IMG/VR virus record: IMGVR_UViG_3300017917_003379
Strand: one strand, 5' to 3'
DNA: 64,000 nt
Source of the DNA: a virus
A program made the translations under genes and the position numbers. The notes below the pieces were generated by a model that was not told the DNA's origin, searched no databases, and saw only the letters and a program-made list of their open reading frames with translations. Positions 1 through 10,565 of the stretch are shown piece after piece; position 1 is the stretch's first letter; each line of letters opens with the position of its first letter.

Positions 1-2
1 CA

Positions 3-2894
3 GATGGAGTTTATTATAAAGATGATGGAACACAAATATCAGTAACTGGATATCAAGGTAATTCCGAATCAATGTTTGGTTATGTTAAAAATTATAGTTG
101 GAAAGCTAGAATGGATGGTGGATATGATTGTACTGTAAATATAATTTCGATAGGTGAAGTTATAGAATCATTAAAAGTAAATTATTCTCCTTTAAATACT
201 AAACTCCCCATAACAACTAAAGGATTATTATCTCCTAATATAGGAATAGATGCTACTGGCATGACTGAACTATCTAGTTCATATTCGCAAAATATATTAG
301 CAGGTATATTTTATGAATTAAGAGAAATAGTACGTAAAAAAGCAGGAGGATTTGGTGCTGATTCATTAGGAGCAGCAGCAACTATTGCTACAACTCCAAT
401 AGCAGGTACTCTTGGGGGTGTTATTGCTGGAGCAATAACAGCCACTAATACTGAACAAGGTGCAGAAGACGTTAATGGAACAAGTTATTTATTTTATGAT
501 AATCAATATAAATTTTATTATGATGTATATCGTAGAACATTAAATATAGCTGGAGGAGAACACCCAACAAGCAGAACAAACAAAATAGGAGAATCAGATG
601 AACAGATATACATTACATTAGAAACATTAACTAATATACTTAACAATTACGTTCTATTACAAGACACCACTAATAAAAAACCATTTGCTTCTATTTCAGT
701 ATTAGAACCACAAATTGGTCCTCCAATACAACCCGATCCTATATCAGGTTCAGGTTATTTATTAGCTCTTGCTCATCCATTAGAAATATCAGTAGATCCT
801 ACAGTATGTCTTATCAAAAATAGATTATGGATAGATGGACTTAATATACAATTGGACCGGGATATTGATGCTAATAGTGGTCTTCCTGTAGCTCCTCCTA
901 GATATGGTACAGCAACAATTGATAGAAAATGGTGGGAAGATATAGCTAAATTAGTAAACGATGCTAATAATGGAAATGAACAACCCTTAATTAAAAAAGT
1001 AAGAGAAACCGTAGGAACTGGAGATCAAGCTATTGAAAATTTAAAAGAAATCCAAAGGTGGTTTACAGTTAATGAAGGTAAAATAAGAAATATCCCTGTA
1101 ATAAAAGATAGAATATCAATTAATAATACAATAATTGGTAATACAACAATTGGTAGTTATGAACATTTTTACGATCTTTTAAATGAAGGATTAACACAAA
1201 GTACTATTAATGATATTTTAGGAATAAGAAGACCTAATGAAGATGATCCCAAATATAGTGCTGCAACTAAAAACCCATATTCACTTGATGTAGAAAGACT
1301 AGAAGAAGCAAAACAAAAATTAAAAGAATATAAAGAAAAAGGAAGTCAAGGAAGTAAATATTTAGATAATTTAACTCGTCCTTATTTTATAGATAACGGT
1401 GATTATACTAAAGAATTAGGTATTATAGGTAACATTTATGTTAATATAAACATGTTATATAATTTAAGTGTTGATAAAACCTTAGCTTCACAAGATAAAA
1501 AAGAAAAAAATGAAATCAACTTATATGATTTCTTAAAAAACATTCTATCTAAAATATCCACATCAATAGGAAACGTAAATAATTTTGATATTCATGTTGA
1601 CCCTAATGGAAGCACAGCAAGAATTATTGATGTTAATTATGTAGACAAAATGTCTTCAGATCAAGCCTACGATAATGCTGTTGAATTACAAGTCCATAAT
1701 TTAAATTCAATTGTAAGATCATATTCATTAGAATCAAAAATATTCCCTGAACAAGCAACACAGGTTGCCATAGGTGCTCAAGTTGGTGGAGGAGCATTAG
1801 GAATTGATAGCACAACATTAGTAGACTACAATAGACTTATACGCGACAGGATAATACCAATAAAAAACGCTCCTACAGACCCTACAGAATCAGAAAATAA
1901 AACTACTTTAAGTACATTAACTAATGCTTTGAGTACATTAATTCCCTTCTTTGATGAATCTATACCTGGAAGTGCTTTGGGGGTAAACCTAACTGATGGA
2001 ACATATAATGTAGATGAAACCGGAAAATATACTGGAGCATTAAGAGATATTATACAATTCTTTACTAGTATAAGTAAATCTAAAATTAGAGGAAAAGCCA
2101 TAATTCCTACAACATTATCTCTTGAAATGGATGGTATTGGAGGAATAATAATAGGAAATATATTCAAAATTAATACAGACATATTGCCTAGAGGATATAA
2201 AGATATAGATGGGGTTAGATTAGGTTATGTAGTAACAGGAATAGGACATTCTTTAAATAATAATGATTGGGTAACAAAACTAGATTCTCAATTTATTTTA
2301 TTAGATGAACCTATACAAGGAAAAACAATTAATTTTGGTAAAGATCTAATTTTAAATGTCACACCAGGAACAGGTGGAGAATTAACAGTCAATAATGTTG
2401 TAAGAGCATATAGTGGGAATTATAACACTAATTTTGTATCTGATAACTTAACTGCTAAAAAAGCAGCTGAAACTTATATAGGTAGAGTATTATCTGATCA
2501 AGAATGGAATGAATTAGTAGCAGCAACATTTGCTGAAGCAAGTGCTAACCAAGAAGAAAGAGCACATGTTATGGGAGTAATATTAAATAGAGCTCGCATA
2601 CGAAAGAAAACTATTAGTTTCATACTTAGAGAACGTAATCAGTTTCAAGCTGTTACTGGTACTTCTAACAATGGAAGATCTCCAAGTTTAAATTATGTAA
2701 ATGGCCCTGATAAAAAATCAGCAAATTCTATTTACACTGCTACTATTAATATATTAAATAGAGTCCCTAAAAACTATACAAAATTTACTTCTAATAACCC
2801 AAAAGCTTATAAAGAACCAGGTACTAATATAGGTTACTTAGATGAACTTAAAAAAACAGGTAAAGTAATAGGACAAACTATATTTTCAAGTTAA
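3..2894 (+). CDS. Large tail/baseplate-associated virion protein with C-terminal SleB/Hydrolase_2-like cell-wall hydrolase domain (5'-truncated by window)
   Basis: Frame is open from position 3, upstream of the ATG at 72. C-terminal ATFAEA...VMGVILNR...NQFQAV...IGQTIF matches Hydrolase_2 motifs. LEMDGIGGI and YVVTGIGHSL...WVT are typical of baseplate-hub-like proteins. Confidence 0.6.
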   Translation, partial: DGVYYKDDGTQISVTGYQGNSESMFGYVKNYSWKARMDGGYDCTVNIISIGEVIESLKVNYSPLNTKLPITTKGLLSPNIGIDATGMTELSSSYSQNILAGIFYELREIVRKKAGGFGADSLGAAATIATTPIAGTLGGVIAGAITATNTEQGAEDVNGTSYLFYDNQYKFYYDVYRRTLNIAGGEHPTSRTNKIGESDEQIYITLETLTNILNNYVLLQDTTNKKPFASISVLEPQIGPPIQPDPISGSGYLLALAHPLEISVDPTVCLIKNRLWIDGLNIQLDRDIDANSGLPVAPPRYGTATIDRKWWEDIAKLVNDANNGNEQPLIKKVRETVGTGDQAIENLKEIQRWFTVNEGKIRNIPVIKDRISINNTIIGNTTIGSYEHFYDLLNEGLTQSTINDILGIRRPNEDDPKYSAATKNPYSLDVERLEEAKQKLKEYKEKGSQGSKYLDNLTRPYFIDNGDYTKELGIIGNIYVNINMLYNLSVDKTLASQDKKEKNEINLYDFLKNILSKISTSIGNVNNFDIHVDPNGSTARIIDVNYVDKMSSDQAYDNAVELQVHNLNSIVRSYSLESKIFPEQATQVAIGAQVGGGALGIDSTTLVDYNRLIRDRIIPIKNAPTDPTESENKTTLSTLTNALSTLIPFFDESIPGSALGVNLTDGTYNVDETGKYTGALRDIIQFFTSISKSKIRGKAIIPTTLSLEMDGIGGIIIGNIFKINTDILPRGYKDIDGVRLGYVVTGIGHSLNNNDWVTKLDSQFILLDEPIQGKTINFGKDLILNVTPGTGGELTVNNVVRAYSGNYNTNFVSDNLTAKKAAETYIGRVLSDQEWNELVAATFAEASANQEERAHVMGVILNRARIRKKTISFILRERNQFQAVTGTSNNGRSPSLNYVNGPDKKSANSIYTATINILNRVPKNYTKFTSNNPKAYKEPGTNIGYLDELKKTGKVIGQTIFSS

Positions 2895-2905
2895 TATATA
2901 TTAAT

Positions 2906-3406
2906 ATGGGATTAAGAATACCACAAAACCAAATAATAAAGAGCCAATATACTGCGGGAGGAGAGTATATGTTTGCTAATACCCAAAATGAATATCAAGG
3001 ATACTATTATGAACTTAATGGGAAAAAATTTGCCGGTAAAGAATTTAACATTAATAACCCTGAAATAATAAGAATAAACCCTAATAATTATAATAAACTA
3101 TTAGGAAATGCATCTACTTATGTATATGGAACATTATCTAGAATAAAAATATCAGGTACTGATAGAATATTTTCTCTTCCTGTTAATAATTCTAATGCAA
3201 CTTTAAACACTAAAGTTGATTTTTATTGTTGTAAAATAAATCAAAATCCCCTTATTATAAAAGCAATAAATGAAGAAACTTACATTTCACTTCAAAAAAA
3301 CACACTATATAAAACAACATATGTAGGAACCTATAATAATATATATCAATCACTAGAAGATGCAGAAAAACAAATTCCAGGCATGATATCTTTTCTAAGT
3401 TTATAG
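2906..3406 (+). CDS. Hypothetical protein (probably baseplate/structural region)
   Basis: 166-aa ORF with YTAGGEY...YQGYY motif, directly after the hub-like gene. Confidence 0.5.
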   Translation: MGLRIPQNQIIKSQYTAGGEYMFANTQNEYQGYYYELNGKKFAGKEFNINNPEIIRINPNNYNKLLGNASTYVYGTLSRIKISGTDRIFSLPVNNSNATLNTKVDFYCCKINQNPLIIKAINEETYISLQKNTLYKTTYVGTYNNIYQSLEDAEKQIPGMISFLSL

Positions 3407-3430
3407 GTCAAAATATTTTTATTATATTTA
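3400..3430 (+). promoter_or_regulatory. Phage promoter, Bacteroidota-sigma-like class
   Basis: GTCAAAA at 3407 followed by TATATTTA at 3423; same architecture recurs more than 12 times. Confidence 0.55.
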
Positions 3431-3450
3431 TCTTATAAAGGTTATAAAAT

Positions 3451-4752
3451 ATGTTTTATGTAATTGAAAAACAAGAACAGTTATCACAACTGGGTTCTTT
3501 TAAGGATTGTTTTATTCGTTTTATTTCTCAAAATAATAATTTTCACCCTTATTTAAGTTTTCTTAGTTTAATTTATATTCGTGATTTAAATGATCATAAA
3601 GGATACATTCTGTGTTTAGATCACAATGAATCATTTTCATTAGATAAACAACAAGTATTTGATTGGATTAATAACAACACAGATAAACTGTGGGTGTTAA
3701 ATAAAAAAGAAGCCATGTATTGGTTTTCTAATGAAAATAAATTATATGATATTAATTTTATTGAACAACCCAATTTAAATGAAGCTTTAGATATACCTGC
3801 TATATCATTTTATTATAAACATCATATTAACAATCCAATAGTAAATAAACTAATTCCAATTAGTAAACATTATGAAGAAAGCGAAAACATATTTAACATT
3901 GTATTACCCATAATACAAAAGTACCGAGCAAATAACGTTATTTATGCATTTAATAACGGTCCTTTAACACGAGTTTTCCACGCAATTGAATCAAATGGTA
4001 TTAAAGTAGACAAACAATGTTTTATTGATTGTTATGCTAATGAAATAAGATATCCTGAATTTAATCTTAAAAAAGGTAAAATATATAGTCAATATAATTT
4101 ATACAACATAACTGGTAGACCTTCAAATACTTACAATAGCATTAATTTTGCAGCATTGAATAAGAATAATGGTGAAAGATTATGCTATAGACCAAATAAT
4201 GAATCTTTCATAGAAATAGATATCCAGGGTTATCATCCCCGATTAATTGGTGAATTAGTTAATTTTAATTTTCCTAAAGATATAAATTGTTATGAATATT
4301 TAGGTAAATTATTAAATGTATCGCAACAAGAAGCTAAAGAATTAACTTTTAAACAACTATATGGTGGTGTTTGGAATGAATATAAAAATAAACCGTTTTT
4401 CAGAGATGTAGCAATGTATGTTGATGATTTATGGGATACTTTTCAACATCAAGGTTATATTGATACACAAAATAGACATTTTAAATGTTCTGAATTGCAT
4501 GATATGACACCTGCTAAATTGTTAAATTATGTTATTCAAAGTTATGAAACTTCAAAAAATATTATAATAATTGATAAAATATTGGATTTATTAAAAAATA
4601 AACAAACAAAATTAATATTATATACGTACGATGCATTTCTGTTTGATTATGCTAATAAAGATAAAAATATACTACATCAAATACAAAACATCATACATTA
4701 CCCAGTAAATATTAAACAAGGTACATCTTATCATGGTTTGAAAAAAATTTAA
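3451..4752 (+). CDS. Divergent family A DNA polymerase-like protein
   Basis: TGRPS..INF; motif A-like IDIQGYHPRL; motif B-like AKELTFKQLYG; NYVIQS; motif C-like YTYDAFL. Confidence 0.75.
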   Translation: MFYVIEKQEQLSQLGSFKDCFIRFISQNNNFHPYLSFLSLIYIRDLNDHKGYILCLDHNESFSLDKQQVFDWINNNTDKLWVLNKKEAMYWFSNENKLYDINFIEQPNLNEALDIPAISFYYKHHINNPIVNKLIPISKHYEESENIFNIVLPIIQKYRANNVIYAFNNGPLTRVFHAIESNGIKVDKQCFIDCYANEIRYPEFNLKKGKIYSQYNLYNITGRPSNTYNSINFAALNKNNGERLCYRPNNESFIEIDIQGYHPRLIGELVNFNFPKDINCYEYLGKLLNVSQQEAKELTFKQLYGGVWNEYKNKPFFRDVAMYVDDLWDTFQHQGYIDTQNRHFKCSELHDMTPAKLLNYVIQSYETSKNIIIIDKILDLLKNKQTKLILYTYDAFLFDYANKDKNILHQIQNIIHYPVNIKQGTSYHGLKKI

Positions 4753-4758
4753 ATATTT

Positions 4759-5181
4759 ATGGCTGAACTACTAAATGACTTTTTAGACTTGAACAAACTA
4801 TTTGCTACATTTACATCTCCTACTATGTTAGAAGAAACAGTAGTAGCCATTAATCGTAAATATTCAATATTATTCAATAAGATATTTATATTAGAATCAC
4901 CACAAAGTGATGAACTAATATGCACCTATAATATTGACACAGGTAATATGGTTGCATCTCCTATGGCTAATACTATATTATTACATCGTAAAAAAGACAG
5001 TAACACATTGTATACTATTAATGCATTAAACACATTAATTAAATCATTAAATAATGGTGTGTTAAATAAAAATTATATAGTAAACTGGAATGATTATAAA
5101 AATTGTATATTATTAACCAGTGGTCCTGAGTTGCGCCGTTTGGATACAGCAATACATAAAATTATAGACTTTTCAAGATAA
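4759..5181 (+). CDS. Hypothetical phage protein
   Basis: 140-aa ORF with LHRKK..NTLYTINALN. Confidence 0.6.
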   Translation: MAELLNDFLDLNKLFATFTSPTMLEETVVAINRKYSILFNKIFILESPQSDELICTYNIDTGNMVASPMANTILLHRKKDSNTLYTINALNTLIKSLNNGVLNKNYIVNWNDYKNCILLTSGPELRRLDTAIHKIIDFSR

Positions 5182-5270
5182 CTTAAAATAAGTTTTGCTT
5201 CTCAAGAAAAGAATCATAGATTCACAATTATTATTATAATCATAGATTAACAATTTAAAACTCAATTATT

Positions 5271-6086
5271 ATGGATCTTTCATTGATCAAACAGAAACTG
5301 GCTATGAGCCAAAACAAAGGTGTTAAACGCGAAAAAGTAGATTACTCTAAAATTTTCTGGAAACCTAAACCTGGAAAATACCAAATTCGCATTCTTCCTT
5401 CAAAATTCGACAAAGCAAACCCATTCCGTGAAGTTTATTTCCATTACGGTTTCTCTAAGGGCCCAATTCTTGCTCTTACTAACTGGAATGAAAAAGACCC
5501 AATTGTAGAGTTTGCAAAAAATCTTCGTAAATCTTCAGATAAAGAAGATTGGCAGTTAGCTAAAAAAATTGAACCTAAACTTCGCTATTTTGTTCCTGTA
5601 TTAGTACGTGGTGAAGAATCACAAGGTGCTCGTTTATGGGAATTTGGTAAGCTAATTTATGAACAATTGTTAGGTATTGCTGCTGATGAAGATTATGGTG
5701 ACTTTACAGACATTACTGATGGTCGTGATTTTACAATCGATGCTGTTGAAGATACAGTAGCAGGTAGAAAAGGAATCAAATGTAATATTCGTATTAAACC
5801 AAAAACATCCCCTGTTTCCGAAGATGCTAGTTTAGTAACTAAAGCTCTAGAAGAACAACCCGACATTCTTACTATTAATAAACATTATTCATTTGATGAA
5901 TTAAAAGATTTATTAGATAAGTGGTTAAATCCTGAAGATGATACTGAAGAACCAATTGCATCTAAAGATGAAGATGAAGAAGATGATTTCTTAGCTGACA
6001 TCAATAAACCAGTAAAACAAACTTATAAACTTGATACATCTGCAGCTAAAACATCTGATGCTGATAAGTTTGATGATTTATTCTAA
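5271..6086 (+). CDS. Single-stranded DNA-binding protein (T4 gp32-like)
   Basis: FWKP...IRILP, DITDGRDF, acidic tail ending FDDLF. Confidence 0.85.
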   Translation: MDLSLIKQKLAMSQNKGVKREKVDYSKIFWKPKPGKYQIRILPSKFDKANPFREVYFHYGFSKGPILALTNWNEKDPIVEFAKNLRKSSDKEDWQLAKKIEPKLRYFVPVLVRGEESQGARLWEFGKLIYEQLLGIAADEDYGDFTDITDGRDFTIDAVEDTVAGRKGIKCNIRIKPKTSPVSEDASLVTKALEEQPDILTINKHYSFDELKDLLDKWLNPEDDTEEPIASKDEDEEDDFLADINKPVKQTYKLDTSAAKTSDADKFDDLF

Positions 6087-6102
6087 TAAATAAAATTAGT
6101 TT

Positions 6103-7206
6103 ATGGCGAAAAAAAATTCACTTAGTGAGGTAGTAAGTTCCTCATTAAAAGGGGGATTTGATTTAGATAAGTTTAAAAAATCTAAATTTCTAGATCAATC
6201 TTCTAAATTTAAAAAACAACGTTGGTTACCATTTTCACCAGCAATGCGCGATGCTCTTTCTATTCCTGGTGTTCCTCTAGGACATGTATTTGTAGCTCGT
6301 GGTGGTTCTGATACAGGTAAAACTACATTATTGATTGAAACAGCAGTAGAAGCCCAGAAAATGGGCATTCTACCTGTATTCATTATCACTGAAATGAAAT
6401 GGGACTTTGCTCATGCTCAGAAAATGGGTTTTCAATGCGATGCAGTTCCAGATGAAAATACAGGAGAAGTAGTAAATTATACTGGTTTCTTCATTTATGC
6501 TGATAGAAGCAGTCTAAATACAATTGAAGATGTATCTGCGTTCATTGCTGATTTATTAAGCGAACAGAAAGCTGGTAAACTTCCTTTTGACTTATTGTTC
6601 CTTTGGGATTCTATTGGTTCTATACCATGTGAAATGAGTGTAAAACAAGGAAATAATAACCCAATGTGGAATGCTGGAGCAATGGCAACCCAATTTGGTA
6701 ACTTTATCAATCAACAATTTCCTCTATCACGTAAAGAAACATCACCTTACACTAATACATTGTTTGTAATTAACAAAACCGGTGTACAACCAGCATTAAC
6801 TCCTATGAGTCAACCTCGTATGACTAATAAAGGTGGTAATACTATGTATTGGGATGCTACAATAGTAGCTACATTTGGTAATGTAACTAATAGTGGTACT
6901 AGTAAAATTAGTGTACAACATAAGGGTAAAAAGGTTGAATTTGCTAAACGCACTAAGATTGCCATTGATAAAATACATGCCGATTATGGTATTGCTACTA
7001 CATCAACAGTAATTGTTACACCTCATGGTTTCATTCCAGATACACCTGAAGCTATTAAAGAGTACAAGAAGAAATATGCTCATGAATGGTTTAATGAACA
7101 AGTAGATGTAGCTGACTTAGTACAAATTGAAGACAATTCAGAATGGGAAGAAAGTAGTAAAATATCACCAATAGTAGAAATCGATAATGAAGGAAATGAA
7201 GAATAA
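6103..7206 (+). CDS. uvsX: RecA/UvsX-like recombinase
   Basis: Walker A GGSDTGKTT, WDSIG, KGG..MYW. Confidence 0.85.
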   Translation: MAKKNSLSEVVSSSLKGGFDLDKFKKSKFLDQSSKFKKQRWLPFSPAMRDALSIPGVPLGHVFVARGGSDTGKTTLLIETAVEAQKMGILPVFIITEMKWDFAHAQKMGFQCDAVPDENTGEVVNYTGFFIYADRSSLNTIEDVSAFIADLLSEQKAGKLPFDLLFLWDSIGSIPCEMSVKQGNNNPMWNAGAMATQFGNFINQQFPLSRKETSPYTNTLFVINKTGVQPALTPMSQPRMTNKGGNTMYWDATIVATFGNVTNSGTSKISVQHKGKKVEFAKRTKIAIDKIHADYGIATTSTVIVTPHGFIPDTPEAIKEYKKKYAHEWFNEQVDVADLVQIEDNSEWEESSKISPIVEIDNEGNEE

Positions 7207-8221
7207 ATACGCCTATCTATTATCTAAAGTCAACAATGATCAGCGTGGAGTCTTAGACTCCATTCTGATCATTGACGGCTTAAATACATTTTTAAGGAGT
7301 TTCACAATGATTAATCATATTAATCCTGATGGAGCTCATATAGGTGGACTTACTGGTTTCCTTAAATCAGTTGGATATGCTATTAAAATGATAGAACCAA
7401 CTAAAGTAGTTATTGTATTTGATGGAGCAGGAGGATCAAACGCTAAGCGAAATTTATATCCTGAATATAAAGCAAATAGAAATAAAAGTCGTATGACTAA
7501 CTATTCTATATTCAGCTCTAAAGATGAAGAAAACGAATCCATCAACAACCAAATGGCAAGGCTAATTCAATATCTTCAATGTATGCCCGTATCAATGATA
7601 TGCGTAGATGGAATTGAAGCTGATGATGTTATAGGTTATCTAACAAATAAGTTAGAAAATTTTAAGACTACTAAGAAAGTCACTATAATGTCTGCAGACA
7701 AGGATTTCCTTCAGTTAGTATCTGATAAAGTTCAAGTATATTCTCCTGTCAAAAAGAAAATATACACACCAAATGATGTACTAAATGAATTCGGAGTAAG
7801 CAGCAATAATTTTATTATATATAAAACATTAATGGGGGACAGTTCAGATAATTTGCCTGGAGTAAACGGTTTAGGGCCTAAAAAACTACTCAAATTATTC
7901 CCAACATTATCAACAAACACTCCTATAAGCTTATCCGATATAATTGCAAAATCAGAAAATAAAAAATCAGAACATGATTTATATGCTCGCATAATTGAAA
8001 GAAAACAGCAATTAATAATTAATGATAAATTAATGAATTTAAAAAATATGCCTCTATCTGATGAGAATATGGAACAAATTCAAAATGGTTTTAAAAATAG
8101 TTATGAGTTGAATTCATATGTGTTTATGCAAATGTATATCAATGACCATTTAGGTGAATCCATACCTAACACACCAACATGGATAAATCAAGTTTTTGGA
8201 CCTTTAAGTACTTTTAAGTAA
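7187..8221 (+). CDS. 5'-3' exonuclease / flap endonuclease (PolI N-terminal, T4 RNase H-like)
   Basis: IDGLN, VFDG, YKANR, EADD, SADKDFLQL, GDSSDNLPGV.GLGPK. Confidence 0.92.
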   Translation: MKEMKNKYAYLLSKVNNDQRGVLDSILIIDGLNTFLRSFTMINHINPDGAHIGGLTGFLKSVGYAIKMIEPTKVVIVFDGAGGSNAKRNLYPEYKANRNKSRMTNYSIFSSKDEENESINNQMARLIQYLQCMPVSMICVDGIEADDVIGYLTNKLENFKTTKKVTIMSADKDFLQLVSDKVQVYSPVKKKIYTPNDVLNEFGVSSNNFIIYKTLMGDSSDNLPGVNGLGPKKLLKLFPTLSTNTPISLSDIIAKSENKKSEHDLYARIIERKQQLIINDKLMNLKNMPLSDENMEQIQNGFKNSYELNSYVFMQMYINDHLGESIPNTPTWINQVFGPLSTFK

Positions 8222-8232
8222 ATTTATAAAAA

Positions 8233-8238
8233 AGGAGG
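8233..8238 (+). promoter_or_regulatory. Strong Shine-Dalgarno (AGGAGG) for TTG-start helicase
   Basis: AGGAGG 5 nt upstream of the TTG at 8244. Confidence 0.6.
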
Positions 8239-8243
8239 ATAAA

Positions 8244-9632
8244 TTGACTACTCTCTCAAAACTAAACGCATACGGCAATGCGTTTCAGGTTAAGGTATTA
8301 GGAGCATTATTAACACAACGTGAATTTCTTCTTAATATAGTAGATTCATTAGATAGTGAATACTTTGAATCTAGTGCTCATAAATGGGTAGTAGACTATA
8401 TCATAAAATATTTCACTCAGTATCATACCTACCCTACTATTGAAACATTATCTATTGAAATTAAAAAAATTGAAAATGAAGTATTAAAAATATCTCTTAC
8501 TGATGCTCTTCGTGAAGCATATAAGACTGCAGATGCAAGTGATCTAGAATGGGTTGAAAGAGAATTTAGTGATTTCTGTCGTAACCAACAGATGAAAAAA
8601 GCCATTATGACTTCAGTTGATCTACTTAATGTAGGTGATTATGATGGTATCCGTTCATTGATTAATGATGCAATGAAAGCAGGTGAAGATAAAAATGTTG
8701 GTTTAGATTATAACGTAGATATCGAAACAAGATACCGTGATGATGATCGTCGTACTATTCCATTTCCTTGGAAAACATTTAATGATCTTACACAAGGGGG
8801 ATATGGTAAAGGTGATTTAGTATTATTGTTTGGAAATCCTGGCGGTGGTAAATCATGGGGAGTAATGGCTATGGGAGCATATGCTGCTGCTCTAGGATAT
8901 AATGTAGTACATTACACATTAGAACTAGCAGAAGGATATGTAGGTAAACGATATGATGCTATTTTCTCAGGAATAGATGTTGATAAATTAAAAGACCATC
9001 GTATTGAAGTAGAAGAAGCAGTTGCTAAAATAAAAGGTAAAATTGTAATTAAAGAATATCCTCCAAAACGAGCATCTTTAGATACAATCGAATCTCATTT
9101 ACAACAATTACAACATCAAAATGAATTCAAACCAGATTTAATTATAATTGATTATTTAGATCTATTACGTACTAAAGGTAGAAAAGAACGTAAAGATGAA
9201 ATTGATGATGTTTACACTGATGCTAAGGGATTAGCTAAAGAATTAGGTATTCCTATTGTTTCTCCTTCACAAGCTAATAGAACAGGTGCTGATGAAGATA
9301 TTTTACAAGCTAAAAATGCAGCTGGTTCATATGATAAAATTATGATTGGTGATATCATTATATCATTAGCTCGTGGACGTAAAGATAAAGTAAATGGAAC
9401 GGGCAATTGGCATTTTATTAAAAACAGATATGGAGCTGATGGGCTAACATTTGGTTCTAAAATCAACACAGCAAACGGATATATAGACATATATGAACAA
9501 CCATTAGATGATGAAGCATTTGAAACCTCTACAAAAGGTAAAAATAAAAAAATAAATGACTACTCAGAAATAGGAGTAGAAGATAAATATATTCTTAGAA
9601 ACAAATTTGCAAAATTTGAAGAGGGATCGTAA
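8244..9632 (+). CDS. Replicative DnaB-family helicase (T4 gp41-like)
   Basis: GNPGGGKS, YTLEL, IIIDYLD, SQANR, KNRYG. Confidence 0.92.
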   Translation: MTTLSKLNAYGNAFQVKVLGALLTQREFLLNIVDSLDSEYFESSAHKWVVDYIIKYFTQYHTYPTIETLSIEIKKIENEVLKISLTDALREAYKTADASDLEWVEREFSDFCRNQQMKKAIMTSVDLLNVGDYDGIRSLINDAMKAGEDKNVGLDYNVDIETRYRDDDRRTIPFPWKTFNDLTQGGYGKGDLVLLFGNPGGGKSWGVMAMGAYAAALGYNVVHYTLELAEGYVGKRYDAIFSGIDVDKLKDHRIEVEEAVAKIKGKIVIKEYPPKRASLDTIESHLQQLQHQNEFKPDLIIIDYLDLLRTKGRKERKDEIDDVYTDAKGLAKELGIPIVSPSQANRTGADEDILQAKNAAGSYDKIMIGDIIISLARGRKDKVNGTGNWHFIKNRYGADGLTFGSKINTANGYIDIYEQPLDDEAFETSTKGKNKKINDYSEIGVEDKYILRNKFAKFEEGS

Positions 9633-9669
9633 ATTTCACCATATTTATAAATACAAAAATAAATAAATT

Positions 9670-10200
9670 ATGAAGTCTCTATCTATGTTGGCAGTGCCTA
9701 TTTATCAAAAATTAGCACAAGGGTATCCTAACCTAGCTGAACGTAGAGAAGCTACTAAACAATATTTGTTAAAAGAAATAACACACTGGGGTATAAAGGA
9801 ACTAGAGCAAAATAACAGTTATTTCTTTAAACCTATTGAATTTGAAAAAACAGAAAATAGTAAACCATTTCAAGTTAGGTTACTATTAGAAGATAATGGA
9901 TTTCATAGTTTGAAATTTGGTGATTTGAATGCTCAAACAGATAAAGAAAGATTTGAATGGGATGAAAATGATCCTTTCAAATTAAATAAAGCCTTGTTCT
10001 TATATGATGTTATAAATAAAAAAATTATTCCATTATTACAGAAAAATAAAATAAAGGGAATACAATTTGAACCATATGATGGAGATGGATTAGAAAGTGA
10101 AAGACTAAGCTATTTCAATAATATGTACAATAAATTAGGAAAAGATTTTACTTGGTATCAAAAAGAAAACACATTTTATATAACAAAAAAAAACAAATAA
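9670..10200 (+). CDS. Hypothetical protein (paralog of 36160..36774)
   Basis: Shares F..YD.DG....R...F.N..NK with 36160..36774. Confidence 0.55.
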   Translation: MKSLSMLAVPIYQKLAQGYPNLAERREATKQYLLKEITHWGIKELEQNNSYFFKPIEFEKTENSKPFQVRLLLEDNGFHSLKFGDLNAQTDKERFEWDENDPFKLNKALFLYDVINKKIIPLLQKNKIKGIQFEPYDGDGLESERLSYFNNMYNKLGKDFTWYQKENTFYITKKNK

Positions 10201-10203
10201 ATA

Positions 10204-10476
10204 ATGTTGACAATAAAACGTTACACAGCCGCGTGGTGCCAACCTTGTAAGCAATTAGCACCTATTTTTGAAGAGTTAAAGAATGAATTAAATAATGAAA
10301 TTGATAAAATTACTTTTGAAGTTATAGATGTTGATATTAATAGAGAATCAGCATTAGAAAAAGGAATAACCTCTGTTCCTACTGTTATTTTGGAAAAAAA
10401 CGGAACTCAAGTGTATCGTTTTAGTGGAGTATTACCTAAATCTACTATAGCCGGTATTATTAAGAATCATTTGTAA
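10204..10476 (+). CDS. trxA: Thioredoxin
   Basis: WCQPC active site, cis-Pro VPT. Confidence 0.93.
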   Translation: MLTIKRYTAAWCQPCKQLAPIFEELKNELNNEIDKITFEVIDVDINRESALEKGITSVPTVILEKNGTQVYRFSGVLPKSTIAGIIKNHL

Positions 10477-10565
10477 ATTAATTAAAATAAAACTTAAACG
10501 ATTTGATTTTAAAGATCGAATGACATAACCATCTTTTTACAAATATAACTAAAAAATAAATAAAT

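Noticed and set aside
10477-10565. Cobalamin riboswitch upstream of nrdJ
   Set aside because: Too short and AT-rich, no B12 box; only a weak AAAGAT/ATCTTT stem
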